Shown here piece by piece: positions 14,201 to 29,786 of a DNA stretch of 64,000 nt. The position numbers and the translations under genes are program-made. The notes under the pieces were generated by a model, which had not been told where the DNA came from, ran no database searches, and saw only the letters and a program-made list of their open reading frames with translations. Source of the stretch: Anaeramoeba ignava BMAN. Taxonomy: Eukaryota > Protista > Anaeramoebae. The first letter of the stretch is position 1, and every line of letters starts with the position of its first letter. The stretch is from assembly GCA_028826165.1 (NCBI GenBank), contig JAPDFW010000044.1, positions 594,618-658,617 on the forward strand. Direction: 5' to 3'.

Positions 14201-17200
14201 TCATATCCAATCTTCAGAATACGCCAATATTAAATTTACAAAACTTAATCAAGAATATAAAATTATTGAAACGCAATTTCCACTTAAAATTCCAAGTCAA
14301 ACCATTTCAAATGCATATGTTCAACAACTTTTCTCGGCAATTTTAGCATTTTGTTTAATTAGCATCAAAAATAACAGCAAAATTACAAAAAAGCAAAATG
14401 ATCCAAATAATGAAAATAAAAAAAATATTAATAGCAACAACAATAGCAATAATAATAATAATATGAATATTAATAATACTAATGTTAATATCGAAAAAGC
14501 TAATTCTTTATCAGAAAATAACAGAAAAGAAGACTTAACCCAATTTATTCAACCTTCAAATATCTCAGTTTCATCTTTAGCTGATAAATTGGTTTTCATT
14601 TGTGGTGATATTCTAAATGATTCAGTTCGTCCAAAGAATAGAAACATTGAATTCCGTCAATTTTTATTAGCAAAACAACCAATATTGCAATTTTACTTGA
14701 TTAAATTTTATACAAGTTTATTTTCTTCTTCAAACAGAAATATTTTTTATACAAAGGAATTTTGGAAATCAATTCTTACAAAATATTTCTATTATGATCT
14801 AAATAATGTAAATAATAATAATAATATAAATATAAATATTCATAATAAATAAATGTATTAAAATAATTACTTTCTTTATTAGAATCAAGAAATGGTTCTT
14901 CCAATTTCGAAAATATTGAAGGATGAATTGTTCAATTTACTTTTCTTTTTGGCAACTGAAGATAAGTCTGAAAATTCAAATTTTGTAATAATGTTTGATA
15001 TTGTAAATCAAAATATCGACAACTTGCAAATTGTATATGATTCACTTGTATTAGTTTATCGTATTATTGAGAAAATGCCCAATGAATCGATTCTGCAAAT
15101 GATGAATTCGGAAAGTATCAATTCATTTTGCACAATACTTCTTCATTTCCAAAATTATCCTCAAAAAATTCCTATTCAAAACGAAAAGAAAATCTACTTC
15201 AACAAAGATTCCAAAATACTCATCAAATCAAAATACTTACTTTTCCAAATTTTTAGTCAATTATTGGTTTTACCACAAATTACATTTGACGAAAAGGATT
15301 CAAAGGGAAAAATGGTGATCAATGATCCATTAGTAATGAAAGTATTGAAAAATTTGTTTTATGAATCAAAAGCAACATCGTTTGTTTTGGAGCACATTCG
15401 ATTTCTTTTTAAATACGCAACACAGTATAATATCCAAAAATATGATTTGTTTATCACATCAATCATTCAGTTAATTTTCGAATTATCAATCATAAAATCA
15501 CCCAAAAACGAGATTCAAATCAATTCTAATTATGTAATTGAGGAGGAATATGACATAACCTATTTAACACGAATTCGACAAGTCATTCATGTGTTTGTCG
15601 AAGTTCTTCAAAAAAACACAAGAATTCTTCAATGGCTCTTTTTTGAAAATGGGATTTTTGAAACTTCTTTTCAATTGCTAGACGAAGAACAGATTGGATC
15701 TTTTTTGATCCTTGATATTTTGAAATTGTATTTTGAACTGATGAAGAACAACCAGGAAATTTCCTCTGCATTTGAGGAGAAGTTTTCAAGGCAAGAAATA
15801 AAAGACAAAATATTCCGAATCACAAAAGGAAAACCAGGAAAAGATATTTTGCAAGCCCTTTTTAACTTGCTTGTTGGAATTGGAGAATTTAATATGCAAA
15901 ATAACTTTCTGATCGGCAATTCGGCAACAATTTTGCTTTTGTTTGAAATTTATTCGGATTCAGATATTCAGTTTTTTGAAGAGATGCTGGATATCTACAT
16001 TCAACTTTCCAGAAAATCAATCCATAATTGTTATTGTTCTTGCCAAGTTGGATTGAGTTATTTTTTGCTTCAGTTATTCCCCAAATTTGATTCTAACCAC
16101 GGAATACAGAAAAAATTGATAGAGTTGGTGAATATTTTGGCGTCTGTTCATATCACAACAGTGGAATTGAGAATGCTCATTTCTTTCCTACAAAAAAACT
16201 CTTTTAGAACATCATCATTATTTGTAGAATCTTTGAGAACAATCAGCTCTGTTTTCACTTTTGAACCTAAATATTTATTTGATTTCAACGGAAAAAATTC
16301 AAGCATGAACGTTGGAAATATCAAGAAATGGCCTTCAAATAAAGGATATTCGTTTTCTACATGGCTTCGCTTTGATATTTTTTCTGACCATTTTAATAGC
16401 GAAATCCCCAAAAACAACCCGAAAGAAAAACCGTTTGTTTACAAACCAAGACTTTTCAATTTTATGAATTCCAAAAAAAGTGAGATAGATTGCTATTTTG
16501 TTTTCAAGGGAAGATCGGAAAATAAAAATAAGGAAGAAAATAAAAACATTGAAAAACTAACTTCCCAAAAGGAACAAGATTTGTTCGTGTTTGATTTAAT
16601 TTACAAAGTAGTGATCAAATCAAATACAACTGTAATTGAAAAGGAAATATGTAGCTTAAAAATCCCTCTTCGTAAATGGGTTTTTTTAGTCTTGACGCAT
16701 AATAATTCGCGATGGTCATCAAACTCAGAATTTTCTGTTTATTTGAACTCCAAAAATATTCACAAAGCAAACATAAAATATCCCAAAATAACAGATTTGA
16801 AATATAACAAAATTGGAGCCAAATCAAATGGTAAGCATTCTTTTTATGGACAAATGGGAACAATTTATTTCTTCCAAGATGTTCTTTCAGAAAATCAAAT
16901 ACAAGAAATTTATCGATTGACTCCAACATATTGTTATTCTTTTTCTCAAACAGAATGGGCATTTGATATTCATAAACAAATTAAAAACTCCAAAATTATT
17001 GATGATTCTTTAACAAACAAAATTTTCTTTCATTTTTCAAGTCAAAATTCTTTTGGAAGATATTGTTTTGGATTTGGTCCAAATTTTAATCAAATCCAAG
17101 TTAATGCTGAATTGAATTATGTTCTTTCAACAAAAACAAATAATGTTTTTGAAGCTATTTTCCGAAGTGGAGGAACCAAAATTTTATTTCCATTTTTTTT

Positions 17201-20200
17201 GAAAATCAACAAAATGATTAATTTTGCAGAAAATGAAAATTTAAATCAAAATTTAAATGAAAATCAAAATTTAAATCAAAATCAAAATCAAAATCAAAAT
17301 CAAAATTTAAATCAAAATGAAAATCAAAATGAAAATGAAAATTTAAATCAAAATTTAAATCAAAATTTAAATGAAAATCAAAATTTAAATCAAAATCAAA
17401 ATCAAAATCAAAATCAAAATGAAAATTTAAATCAAAATGAAAATCAAAATCAAAATCAAAATCAAAATCAAAATTTAAATCAAAATCAAAATCAAAATGA
17501 AAATCAAAATGAAAATTTAAATCAAAATTTAAATGAAAATCAAAATGAAAATCAAAATCAAAATTTAAATGAAAATCAAAATCAAAATGAAAATCAAAAT
17601 CAACTTTTTGCAAAACTATTTGATGTTGTAATTATAACATTAACAAATAGTGAGAAAAATGAACAAAAATTCTTAAAAGATGGTGGATTTTCACTTATTG
17701 CTCATATTTTCAAACAAGTTCATTCAAATCAAATTACTGAATCAATTTTTGAACCACTTAAAGAATTAATTGCAGTAACTGAAAATCATGAATTATTAAC
17801 AGATTTATTTGAAAATTTTTTACTTGATTACGATCTGTGGATTTATTGTCCCTTTTCTGTGCAAAATATTCTAGTTCGTCTTTTCCATTTTTTCCTTTTC
17901 ACAAAAAATTATCTTGATTTCAACATCCAATATTTTTCGGATATTATCACTTTGTATTTGTGGAATGAGCCAACAGAATTATCACGCCAAACACAACAAA
18001 TCAAAATTGATCCAACTACTCAAAAGGAAATTGGAAGACGTCCTACTCAAGAACAGATATCCAAACTTAGGAAACTATTTTTCCATTTAATAGAATTGAA
18101 AATTTACGGGAAGATCTTACCAAATGATCTTCCTGCACTTGTAGTTTATTGTCTTAAGGAAAATGAGGATAAATTTATTCTCGAAGTTCTAAAACAAATC
18201 CATTCAATAATCTCAAAGAATGCAATGAATATTTTTTCCGATTTGCAAAAAATTAATTTTTTCGATCCTTTTCTTTATTTAATTACTTATCCAAATGAAG
18301 GAATCCGTTTGATTTGTCTTGATATTATTTTCCTTATTCATAATTTTCTTGTAGATTACCAAAAGAAAAAAACGCCAAATTCTAAAATGGAAACAAATAA
18401 AATGGTTTCACAGACAATACTCAACAGCAGCATAAGTATGAATATGAATACAAATAGCAACATTAATGCAAATAGCAATAATAGCAACAACAATACTAAT
18501 AGCAATAATAATATCACTTCAAATATAACTCAAGATTCTAAAAATGTATCTGTAATATCGGAAACATTCAGAGATCCGCAATCCATATTTTTTTCTGAAG
18601 AAAAATTTGATTTTTTCAATAATTGCATTCTTAAATATGAATTTACAGAGAAAATTTCAACCAAATTATTTAGTTTGTTACTTGGGAAGATGATCAAATT
18701 TTCTAGTTTTCCCAATTTCAACCAATTCACTTTTATTGAAGTATCATCTGTTTTAAAAACATTATTTTATTCGATCCAGAAAAGAAAAAGCAAAACATCA
18801 CTTCATGCACTTGAAATACTAAATAATCTATTCCAAACTCACAGAAGAAATGTTCGAGCACTTTTGCTCTACAAAGATTGGTCTGATTGGATTCTTCGTT
18901 GCTTGGTTTTCTCTGAAATTGATTCTGCAATGAATATTCCACAACAAAAAATAAATATTAATGATGAAAAATTAGAAAATAAACAACAAGAAAAAGAAGA
19001 AAAAGAAAAAGAAAAAGAACAAGAACAAGAATCGAAAGTTAATGATGAAAATCACCAAATCATTCTCAAAATGAACCGTTTATTAATTGAGATTTTGAGG
19101 AAAGTTTTTTCTTATATTTTTGAAATTCGGTCAAATGCAATAACGTATCTTCAACGCACTTTTTTCTATTTAAGGAATATAAGAAACACTTCAGGACTTT
19201 TGAATAAAGAACAAGAAATGCAATTCATTTCGTTACTTTTCACTCAAATTATTGATTGTCTTTGTGATATCGCAGAATCTTTAAGAAGCAAACTGGCAGA
19301 TCCAAAAAGAAAAATTACATCTCAAAAGGATGGAGATATTGATATTAAAAAGAAAAGTGATTATGCTATCATCATTTGCTTGAATCGCTCTGGACAATTA
19401 TTCAACAATATACTTGATTTTATTATTTTGGTATCAAATTTTGTAATTTCCAAAATCACTGAAATAGAAAATGAACAAATTTATCGAAAACAACAAAAAG
19501 ATAATAATGAAAATAACAACGAAAATAATCAAAATCAAAAACACATACAAACATTATATACGCAAACTTATTTCCCTAAATATGTCACAACAATAACAAT
19601 GACAAGACTTTTTTTACAACATGAAATCTCGAATGATTGGAATCAAAAACACAATTTTAATTCTCCAAATAATAAGTCTAGTTTGTGTAGAGATATTGAT
19701 GTTATTAAGGATTTGATTAATTTTCTGAATGTATATGGATTTGTTGAATCAGGAATACTTTTGAATGGAGAAGAAAAAACAAACGAAGCTTTCCAATTTA
19801 TTTTATTTTTGATATTGACAGGAATTTTTGAAGAAGATCCAACAATTTCACAGATATTTTACTTTTTTTTATCACGATTTCTCATATTATCAAATTCAAA
19901 TACGAACCAGAAAAACATACAATCATCGATTTTAGTTGTTCTTTCATTTTTATTCAAGGCTTTATTTCCAAAAACAAATGGGATCCCTAAAGATAAAGAT
20001 AAAGATAAAGATAAAGATAATAATGATATTGATAATAAGGATCAAGATTTGGAGAAAAAAGATGAAAAAAAGAAATTTGAAGAAAATCAACAATTCATTA
20101 TTGCTTTGATTCAGTCATTAATTCAAAGAATTATTATGAATCTTTGCAGCCGATTTTCAAGGATTTAAATACAAAGTTAATATTACCATCTACTTTTGAA

Positions 20201-23200
20201 AAATCAATTTTTATGAATAAAAGTTTTGAGGAAATCAAGCAAATACTTCAAAAAAAAGAGTGGATTGAATGTAGATCATTATATATTGAGAAGGAAGCAC
20301 CTAATTTTATACTCAATATCAAAATGAAAATGCTTCTTTTCATTTCTCAAATGGAAAGTAGTTTTAATAGCTTTCTTGATGTTTTGAAAGACGAAATACC
20401 ACCAAATTTAATTCATCAAAACATACTCAAATGGGTTGAACTTCAAAAAATACAAGATACAGAAAGAATGAATCTTCTCCAAATTGAATACCAAAGGAAA
20501 AGATACGAAATATCTAGATTATCTTTGAAACTTTCGAGAGAGTTGATTCATAAAAAATGGTTTTGGGAAAAGAAGAAAAGCAGAATGATTTATTGGAAAT
20601 GTGATCGTTCTGAAGATTCTTCTCGAAAAAAAAGAAAAATGAAGATTAATTATCATTATATTTCTCATGAAGATGCAGCTTTTAGAAGGGATTTTGGAAC
20701 AAGAAGAAAAGAGAAACAAAATAAACAAATTAAAAATCAGAATAAAATTGAAATTGAAAATGATGAAAATAATAAAAATAATGAAAATAATGAAAATAAT
20801 GAAAATAATGAAAATAATGAAAATAATGAAAATAATGAAATTGAAGAAAATCAAATTGAAATATTACTTGGTTCATATCGAGAAGATCGAGAATGTCGAA
20901 AAGATTTTTCAGATAAAATGGAATTCTTTTTTGAAAAGAAACCAGATTTAGTGATAATTTCAGAAAAATGTCAATTGATATTGCCAATGGAAGAAATTGA
21001 AGGAAATTTGATAGTTACACAAAAATTGATACATTTTATTCCAAATATTCGGAAAAATGAAGAGAAAAAAGCAAAAGAAAAAATTGATTATCCGATTTTA
21101 GTTTCATGCAAACCAATGAAAACATGGAAAATTGAATATATTCGCTATATTTATAAAAGAAGATATACATTATTGCATACAGCGCTAGAAATTTTCTTGG
21201 CAAACAACAAGAATTTCTTTTTGAATTTTCCATCAGGAAAAAGAGATTTTATTCATGATGAAATTATTCGTTTGAATCCAAAATGTAAATATCCTTTTGA
21301 TACAGGAAATCCAAGGAAATGGTTGAAACAATCACAATATACAAAGCAATGGGAAGCTCGACAAATATCTAATTTTGATTATTTAATGAAATTGAACACG
21401 ATTGCAAGTCGTTCTTATAATGATCTTGGTCAATATCCTGTTTTTCCATGGATTCTTACTGATTATACTTCAAATACTATTGATTTAAGCAATCCAAATG
21501 TTTATAGAGATCTTTCGAAACCAATTGGTGCTTTGAATGAAGAAAGAATATCTAAGTTAAGGAATAGATTTAGTGAGTGGAATGATACAGAGAATTCTAT
21601 TCCACCTTTTTTATATGGGACTCATTATTCTACTCCTGGTAGGAATTCAATTCAAAATTTAATTTAATTCAAAATTAATTTAATTCAATTCAAAATTTAA
21701 TTTAATTCAAAATTTAATTTAATTCAATATTCAATTCAATTTAATATTCAATTCAATTTAATTCAATTTAATTCTATTTAATTCAATTCAATTCAATTCA
21801 ATTCAATTCAAAATATTTAATTTAATTTAATTCAATATATTTAATTTAATTTAAAATTCAATTTAATATTCAATTCAATTTAATTTAATATTCAATATTT
21901 AATTCAATTTAATATTTAATTTAATATTCAATTTAATTTAATATTCAATTTAATTTAATATTCAATTTAATATTCAATTCAATTCAATTTAATATTCAAT
22001 TTAATTCAATTCAATATTTAATATTTAAATTTTAATTTAAATTTAATATTTAATTTAATATTTAATTTAATATTTAATTTAATATTCAATTTTAATATTC
22101 AATTTAATTCAATTCAATATTTAAAATATTTAATTCAATATTTAATTTTAATATTCAATTCAATTCAATTCAATATTCAATTCAATTTAATATTCAATTT
22201 AATATTCAATTCAATTTAATTCAATATTCAATTCAAAATTCAATTTAATTCAAAATATTTAATTCAATTTAATTCAATTTAATTTAATTCAATATTTAAT
22301 TTAATTCAATATTCAATTCAAAATTCAATTTAATTTAATATTTAATTCAATTTAATATTTAATTTAATTTAATTCAAAATATTTAATTTAATATTCAATT
22401 CAATATTCAATTCAATATTCAATTTATCTAAAAATTATTAGGAAGCGTATTGTACTTCCTCATTAGATTAGAACCCTTTACAACACTCTCAATTAGAGTT
22501 CACGATGGAAAATTCGATCATGCAGACAGAACATTTGGATCAATCCCAAGAACATGGGAAATTCTAATGGAACAATCATCAAGCGATGTGAAAGAATTGA
22601 TTCCTGAATTCTTTTATCTCCCAGAATTTTTATACAACACAAACAATTTTGATTTGGGAAAAAGACAATCATCAGCAGAAAGAATTGAGGATTGCCAACT
22701 CCCGCCATGGGCATCAACAGCAGAACAATTTATACAAATACATCGTGAAGCGCTAGAAAGCGAATATGTTTCAGAACATCTTCACGAATGGATTGACTTG
22801 ATATTTGGATATAAACAAATAGGACAAAATGCAATTGAAGCAAATAATGTTTTTTATTATCTCACATATGAAGATCAAATTGACTTGAATAAATTATCGC
22901 AGGAGGATATCGATAACATCCTCCCGCAGACAAAGGTGTTCGGACAAACACCGTGCCAACTTTTGCGAAAGCCACATCCAAAGCGTCTGCATTTGGAAGA
23001 CCTTGTTTCGCGGGAAATTACACAAACATTATTTTGGAGAATGGAAAATTTACAATCAACAAAAATATTCTCAACTCAAATAACTGATTCGGAAATTGTT
23101 TTCCTATCGTTATATCGCCCAAATCAATTCCTCACTTTTGTTGACATGCCTTATCAACTCAAAATTGCAACAAAAGATCTTACTGTTTCAAATTACACAG

Positions 23201-24114
23201 TATCTTTCTCAAGCTCTTTTTCTCAATCATATCAAGATTTTTTCTTGAAAACATCAGCAAATCAACCAAATATGGATAAATCCTTAACGAAACAAGAAAT
23301 ATCACCCTTTACGCTTTTGAAGGAAAAATTATTCGCGCCAAAACGCAAAAATATCGGCGTATTTGGCCCATCTTTGCGGAGTATTTCAGACTCAGTATGC
23401 ATGTCTGAAGACGGAGCGTTTTTGATTTCTTGCTGCTATTGCGACGACAGCTTCAAAATATTTCGGTCTAACGGGATGAACCTATTGCAAAGCATTGTGT
23501 ATCATCGGGATATAGTGACCTGTATTAAATACGACTCGGGTTTTCTTGTGACAGGATCACGAGACACTACTGTAATAATTTGGGAATTTGACTCGGCAAA
23601 GGGGAGCATAAATACCCAGCCAAAGCATATAATCCATGGTCATCACGACGAGATCACATCAATTGATATTGATGCCAAATTGGATATTTTGGTGACTGGA
23701 TCCAAAAACGGAATTTGCATGATGCACACTTTATCAACTGGAAGATATGTTCATACTATTATTGATGACAACTCAAGAATTGTGTCCCTAATTCGAATTT
23801 CCCAAGACGGCCACATTGTTGTCTTTACAGAACCTGATTACAAACTCGAAGTTTTTTCCGTTAATTTTAAACTGTTGGTTTCTAAAAAAATTAAAACTAG
23901 AATTCTTTGCTTGTCAATTACAAAAGATTCTGAATTGATTATTTTTGGTACAATTGATGGACATTTGGATCTCTTGAATCTTTATGATCTTTCAATAAAA
24001 AAGGCTTCCAAATTCAATGAACCGATTTATTCATTAGTTTTTCTTGCAAACGATCCATTTATTCTTGCAGGATCTAAATCTGGAAAACTTTATATAATTT
24101 TATTTTATTTTTAA
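11240..24114 (+). CDS. Large BEACH-domain protein (neurobeachin/LRBA/NBEAL/Lvs family): ConA-like, ARM-like, PH, BEACH, WD40
   Basis: ConA-like WPSNKGYSFSTWLRFD...FYGQMG; PH RRYTLLHTALEIF; BEACH WEARQISNFDYLMKLNTIASRSYNDLGQYPVFPWIL, YGTHYS, SDVKELIPEFFYLPEF, FGQTP; WD repeats. Introns at about 11413-12585, 12890-12977, 13217-13324, 13488-13558, 14072-14163, 14808-14882 and 21639-22441. 1-nt frameshift at about 20126. Confidence 0.93.
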
Positions 24115-24197
24115 AAACAAAAATATAATAAAAAAAATTTTTTTTATTTTTTTTCCATTTTTTTTTTTTCATTTTTTTCTTTTCTTCTTTTAATTTA

Positions 24198-24789
24198 ATG
24201 ACAACTTTGGCGAAGAAATTTATAAGTTATGGGGAATTAAACGATAAAAATATAGCGCAACTTGAGAAACTTAATTCTGTTGTTCTTCCAGTGAAATATA
24301 GTTCACAATTCTACAAAAACATACTTTCTGATGCGAACTGTTTTTTAGACATAGCTTTCTATTGCAAAGACATGGTTGTTGGCGGTATTTGTTATCGAAA
24401 AGAGAAATCAAATACAAGTAACTCAGCGAACCCTAAAAAAAGACTTTATATCATGACATTATCAGTTCTTGAAAATTATAGACGTTTAGGAATTGGTAAT
24501 TGATTTTTAATCTGTTAATTGGGAACATGTTTTTATACTAATCTCGTTTTTCTTTATCTGTTGATTTTTTTTATTCTTAGGCTCGCATTTTTTGGAAAAG
24601 GTTATTTCTGCTGCTCAAGATGATGCTTCTATTGAAGATGTTTATTTGCATGTTCATGTTGATAATGATCTTGCTATTAGTTTTTATAAAAATTTTGGTT
24701 TTGAAGTTAAAGAAAGAATTGATGGTTATTATAAAGATGTGAATCCTCCTGATTGTTTTATTTTGAGCAAAGTTATTGAAAGGAAATGA
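24198..24789 (+). CDS. NAA50: N-alpha-acetyltransferase 50 (NatE, GNAT family)
   Basis: LNSVVLPVKYSSQFYK, RLYIMTLSVLENYRRLGIG, VYLHVHVDNDLAISFYKNFGF, YYKDVNPPDC. Intron 24496-24580 with a TACTAAT branch-like sequence. Confidence 0.9.
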
Positions 24790-24799
24790 ATTTTTAAAA

Positions 24800-25360
24800 T
24801 CAATTTAAAAAGAAATTTAGAATTAAATTTAGAATTAAATTTAAAAAGAAATTTAAAAATTTTTAAAGAAATTTAAAAAGAAATTTAAAATTAAATTTAG
24901 AAAGAAATTTAAAAACAAATTTACAAAGAAATTTAAAATTAAATTTAAAAACAAATTTTAAAAGAAATTTAAAAAGAAATTTAGAAAGAAATTTAAAAAG
25001 GAATTTAGAAAGAAATTTAAAAAGAAATTTAGAATTAAATTTAGAATTAAATTTAAAAATAAATTTAAAAAGAAATTTAAAAAGAAATTTAGAAAGAAAT
25101 TTAGAATTAAATTTAGAATTAAATTTAGAAAGAAATTTAAAATCAAATTTAAAAAGAAATTTAAAAAGAAATTTAAAAATTAAATTTAAAATCAAATTTA
25201 GAAAGAAATTTAGAAAGAAATTTAAAATTAAATTTAAAAAGAAATTTAAAAAGAAATTTAAAAAGAAATTTAAAAGCAAATTTAAAATTAAATTTAAAAT
25301 CAAATTTAAAATCAAATTTAAAAGTTTAAAAGTTTAAAAGTTTAAAAGTTTAAAAGTTTA
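24800..25360. repeat. Intergenic ~12-bp degenerate tandem repeat (AAAAGAAATTTA / GAATTAAATTTA)
   Basis: Directly visible. It generates the spurious LNFF/KFL ORFs in the track. Confidence 0.85.
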
Positions 25361-25439
25361 AAAAATTGAAATAAATCTAAAAAATTTTAATTTAATTTTT
25401 TTCATTTTTTTTATTTCTTTTTTCAATTAAGAAAAAATT

Positions 25440-28400
25440 ATGAAAAATCTTTTTAAACTTTTTTTTGAACTTGAAATAACATTTGACTCACAAAAAAAAC
25501 CAGAAATCAAAATTAAAAAACAATTTCCAAATAAACTTGATGAAGAATATATTCAACAAATTGGAGGATTTTGTATTCCAGAATCAATAAGAAATCCTGA
25601 ACCAATAAAAAACAAAAAGTATAATTTGAGAATTTTTTTCAAACTCACTAGATCATTTACTGATTGATTTTATTATATATTAGTATTGTTTTCACTTTTG
25701 CTTTAACAAATATGGAAGGCTTAAGAGATTATGTTATTTGTCATCGAATTTCATCTAAAAACATCATTAAATGTCAATCATTTTTAGCCGAATAGTAAAA
25801 TTTTTTCTCTAATCAACCCCACAAAATCAAATCAATCTTTTTGCTCCCATTTTATCTTATTACTTTTTAATAGTCCTTTTGTTGCTTTTTTTGAGAAAGT
25901 TTTTGCTGAAATCCAAAAACAACCTGAGAATCATTTGGATAATTTTTTACAGTTTATATATTCAAAAAACCCACCTTTAAACGGAAGAAAAATCACTTTC
26001 CAATTTTCTGAGTTGAAATTGAATTCATTTTCTTTATCACTTCCTTCTTCAATTTTTACAAATGTAAGTATTTTTTTTGGATTGTTTTGGATCATCTTAA
26101 TTTCTTGGAAATTTATTTATTTTTTTATTTATTTTTCATAGTTTCATCTTTCTAATTTATTTGAAGCTTTAAATCCAAAGCAGATTGTTTGTTTATTTGC
26201 TTCAATTCTTTTGGAGAAAAACATTATTTTATCTTCTTCAAATTTAAATTTTTTATCTAATTCAATTTTTGCTTGTTGTTTTATGATTCAACCTTTTGTT
26301 TGGCAGGTAAATTTATTTAAATTTTTGAATTGATTTTAAATTTGATTTTAATTTAAATTTTATTTTAAATTTTTGGATTGATTTTTAAATTTGATTTTAA
26401 TTTTAAATTTTAATTTAAATTTTTGGATTGATTTTAATTTAAATTTTATTTTTAAATTTTGGATTGATTTTAATTTAAATTTTTGAATTGATTTTAATTT
26501 AAATTTTAATTTAAATTTTTGAATTGATTTTAATTTAAATTTTTGGATTGATTTTAATTTAAATTTTTGGATTGATTTTAATTTAAATTTTAATTTAAAT
26601 TTTAATTTAAATTTTTGGATTGATTTTTAATTTAAATTTTTGGATTGATTTTAAATTTAATTTTTAAATTTAAATTTTTGGATTGATTTTAATTTAAATT
26701 TGATTTTAAATTTTTGGATTGATTTAATAGAATATTTTTATTCCAGTTTTACCTGAAAATTTATTATTTACAACACGTGCACCTGTTCCTTATATTATTG
26801 GAATTCATTCTAGTTTAATTCCTCAATTAGAAAAAATGTCTTTATCTGGAATTACATATGTTGATTTAGATGCAAAAAGAATTGAATTTGATCCTCAAGA
26901 TGTTAGTTATTTACCTTCACAAAGAGTTAATAAATTAGTTTCTGGATTAAATAAATGTTTAAAAGGTTGGTTATATTAAATAATAATTTAATAAAGGAAT
27001 TTAAAATTGAATTTAAAAAAAAATACTTAAATTAAAAAAGCTAAAAAAGATTTTGATTCAACAAAAATTCTCGAAAAGTTTTTCATTTTTTGGATTAAAA
27101 TTATTGGAGACTATGCAGATTTTATGGAACTAGATCAAGAAAAAAATGAATACACATTTAATTTGAAAAAATTTACATCTTCAAGAAGAAAAAGAACTCA
27201 AAAATTTATTCAGAAATTTTCTTCTGTTCAAATGTTTAGTGAATGGGTTCATAATCATGAAGATATGATGAAAAAACATTTGACAAAAGAAGATCTCGAT
27301 GATTTTGAATCGCATATTATAGAAAATCCAGGATATAAAGTCAAAGAAAAAGTTTCATCAGATGGATTACTTAAAGGATTTTTTAAAAATTTAAAAGGAG
27401 GAAAAAGAAACCAAGAAAATAATACTTCAATTGTATTGCCATCACTTGATCATCCACAATCTGATGGAAAATCAAACATAAAACAAACAAAATCAGAACA
27501 AAATTCAAATATTCTTCGTTCTCTTCCCAAAATTCCAAAAATCATTCGTCCTTATTCAAATGACGAACTATTTATTTTCGATCCAAATATTATTGATTCT
27601 CAAAAAAATATTCAACCAGAAAATATAAAAAATCATTTGACACCAAATCATTCTTCAAAGAAGAAAATTTCAACTCCTCAAAGTTCAAAACAAAAGCTCA
27701 AATTTATAACTGAAAGGGATTTAGAAGATTCTTCTGATTCCAAAATCACTCCAAATCAATCACCTATAGCTCAGGAATTATTCAAGAATTGGGAACTCAA
27801 ATCAAAACAATCTACATTAATTCGAATTCCAACATTTTTTCCTTCTAAAAAAAATTATTCAAATCAAAGTTCAAATCAATTCGATACTTTATTGAGTCGA
27901 TTTTCAGTTGAAAAATCGATTAAAAAAAAGGAAAAAGAAGATATTAACGATCGTAAATTTTATCGATTGATTCAAAATACTTATCAATCTCCTTATAATT
28001 TTAAGTCATTTTCTGCTGCAAATTCAAAACAAAATTTTCTTCAAAAATTACAAAAAAAATTATCAAGTTCAAAAAAGGGAAATCAAAATGAAAATGAAAA
28101 TGAAAATGAAAATGAAAATGAAAATCAAAATGAAAATCAAAATGAAAATCAAAATGAAAATGAAAATGAAAATGAAAATGAAAATGAATTATTAAAAAGA
28201 AAACTTTCTTATGAATCAAAATCAAAATCAAAATCACAATCAAAATCATTTTCAATATCAATTTCAACAACTTCAATTTCTGATATCGATATTGATTTAG
28301 ATTCTTCTGAAAATTATTCAGATGAAGATATCAAAAATATTTTAGATTTAGGTTCTGATTGTTGGACTGAAAATGATGATCTTTTCGAAAATGAACCAAA

Positions 28401-28702
28401 AATTAACTTTAACAATAACGAAAAAAATAACTCAAATATTTCAAATATCCAAATTAATGATAAATTAGATTTTGATGATTTAATTGTAAAAACCAAATAA
28501 TCCAAATGATAATAATAATAATAATAATTCCAACTTGAAATTGAATAAAATCAGTGATTCTCTTTCAAAATTGTTCAAACATATTTATTATAAAAGAAAA
28601 GGAAAATTTAATTGGAAAAAAAGATCCAAAAAAGCTTTAAAACCTCAAATTCATCCAAAATATCCATTTTCTAAATTATTATTTAAAAGAAAAGAAAACT
28701 GA
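25440..28702 (+). CDS. DENN-domain protein (Rab GEF; DENND1/2-like) with low-complexity C-terminus
   Basis: uDENN GFCIPE...FTFALTNMEG; cDENN LFASILLEKNIILSSS...QPFVWQ|NIFIPVLPENL...APVPYIIGIHSS; dDENN FSSVQMFSEW. Five GT-AG introns. The track ORF stops at 28500, but an open frame continues to TGA at 28702 after a 1-nt A-run shift. Confidence 0.85.
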
Positions 28703-28839
28703 AACAAAAACAAAAAGAAATTTTTATTATTTTTTTGAATTTAATTGGAAAAAATCCAAAAAAAAAAAAATGGTTTAATTAGTAAAATATTTGAATGAAA
28801 AAATTCGAAAATTTTAAATGATAAATTCAAAAAGAAAAA

Positions 28840-29786
28840 TTAGTTTTTTTTCAAACAAGAAGAATCCAAATGAAAAATCTTAATTAACAATTGAAAAATT
28901 GAAACAATAATATCTTTTCCAATTAAATCCATAAAAAGTCTCAAAAAACAAACAAGTAAACTTGTATCTAAAGAATAAAATCTCCCAGAACCATTAATAA
29001 TAAAATCAGCAACAGATTCAGAAGACTGAGAAAAAAGAGAAGTTATTCTCATGACCAACGATTTAGGATTTAGTTTTGCAATTGAAAAAAATTGAGTTCC
29101 ATCAACTGGACCTGGATGAATAACTGTAAAATCAATATTGTATTTTTTCGCATGAATTGATGAAGAAATACTAAAATCTGTGATGAATGCTTTGCATGAG
29201 GGATACAAAATCATCCACGGAATTGGAAGATAGTGAGCCATTGAGGATGTAAATACAATCAATGATTTTTTCTTTGATTTAATTAGTTTTTTCATATAAA
29301 TGTGAGTCAATTTTATATTTGTCACAATATTGCATTGAATTTCACTCATGATTTGATTCCAAGAAAAATTCACAAAATCATTCACTTGAGAAAACCCAGC
29401 GTTATTGAAAAAAACTGTGACATCAAGTTCTTCAACTAATTTTTCTAATTTCTCAAATTTTTCATTTTGATCTGAAAAATCAATCACTAATTTTTCAACT
29501 TTGATATTTGGAAAATCAATCAATAATTGAGAAACCATTTCATTTAAATCACTTGTTGTTTTGTTGATCAGAATTAAGTTGTAGTCTTGTTTTGCAAGTT
29601 TGATTGATAATTGCTTTCCAATTCCAGAAGCTGCTCCTGTTACTAATCCCCATTTTCCTCCATATTTTCCTTTTAAATTATTCATTTTTCTTCGTGATAA
29701 TTTAACAACTAAATACGGGATTAAATGTGTCATAAAAATTATCAAAAATATCCAACACAAAAATAATAAATCATTTCAAATATCAT
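28840..29786 (-). CDS. Short-chain dehydrogenase/reductase, 17beta-HSD12 / very-long-chain 3-ketoacyl-CoA reductase-like
   Basis: N-terminal TM, YGGKWGLVTGAASGIG (Rossmann), NNAG, catalytic S and YPSCK (YxxxK). Intronless. The upstream ATG at 29786 is 1 nt out of frame, and the next in-frame ATG is at 29733. Confidence 0.85.

Noticed and set aside
20120-20168. Programmed ribosomal frameshift joining the two large BEACH ORFs
   Set aside because: One extra A in CAAAG restores IQKNYYESLQPIF. There is no slippery heptamer or structure, and similar 1-nt homopolymer shifts occur in RasGEF, DENN, SDR, SF3A1, PTP and LIM genes, pointing to sequencing error.
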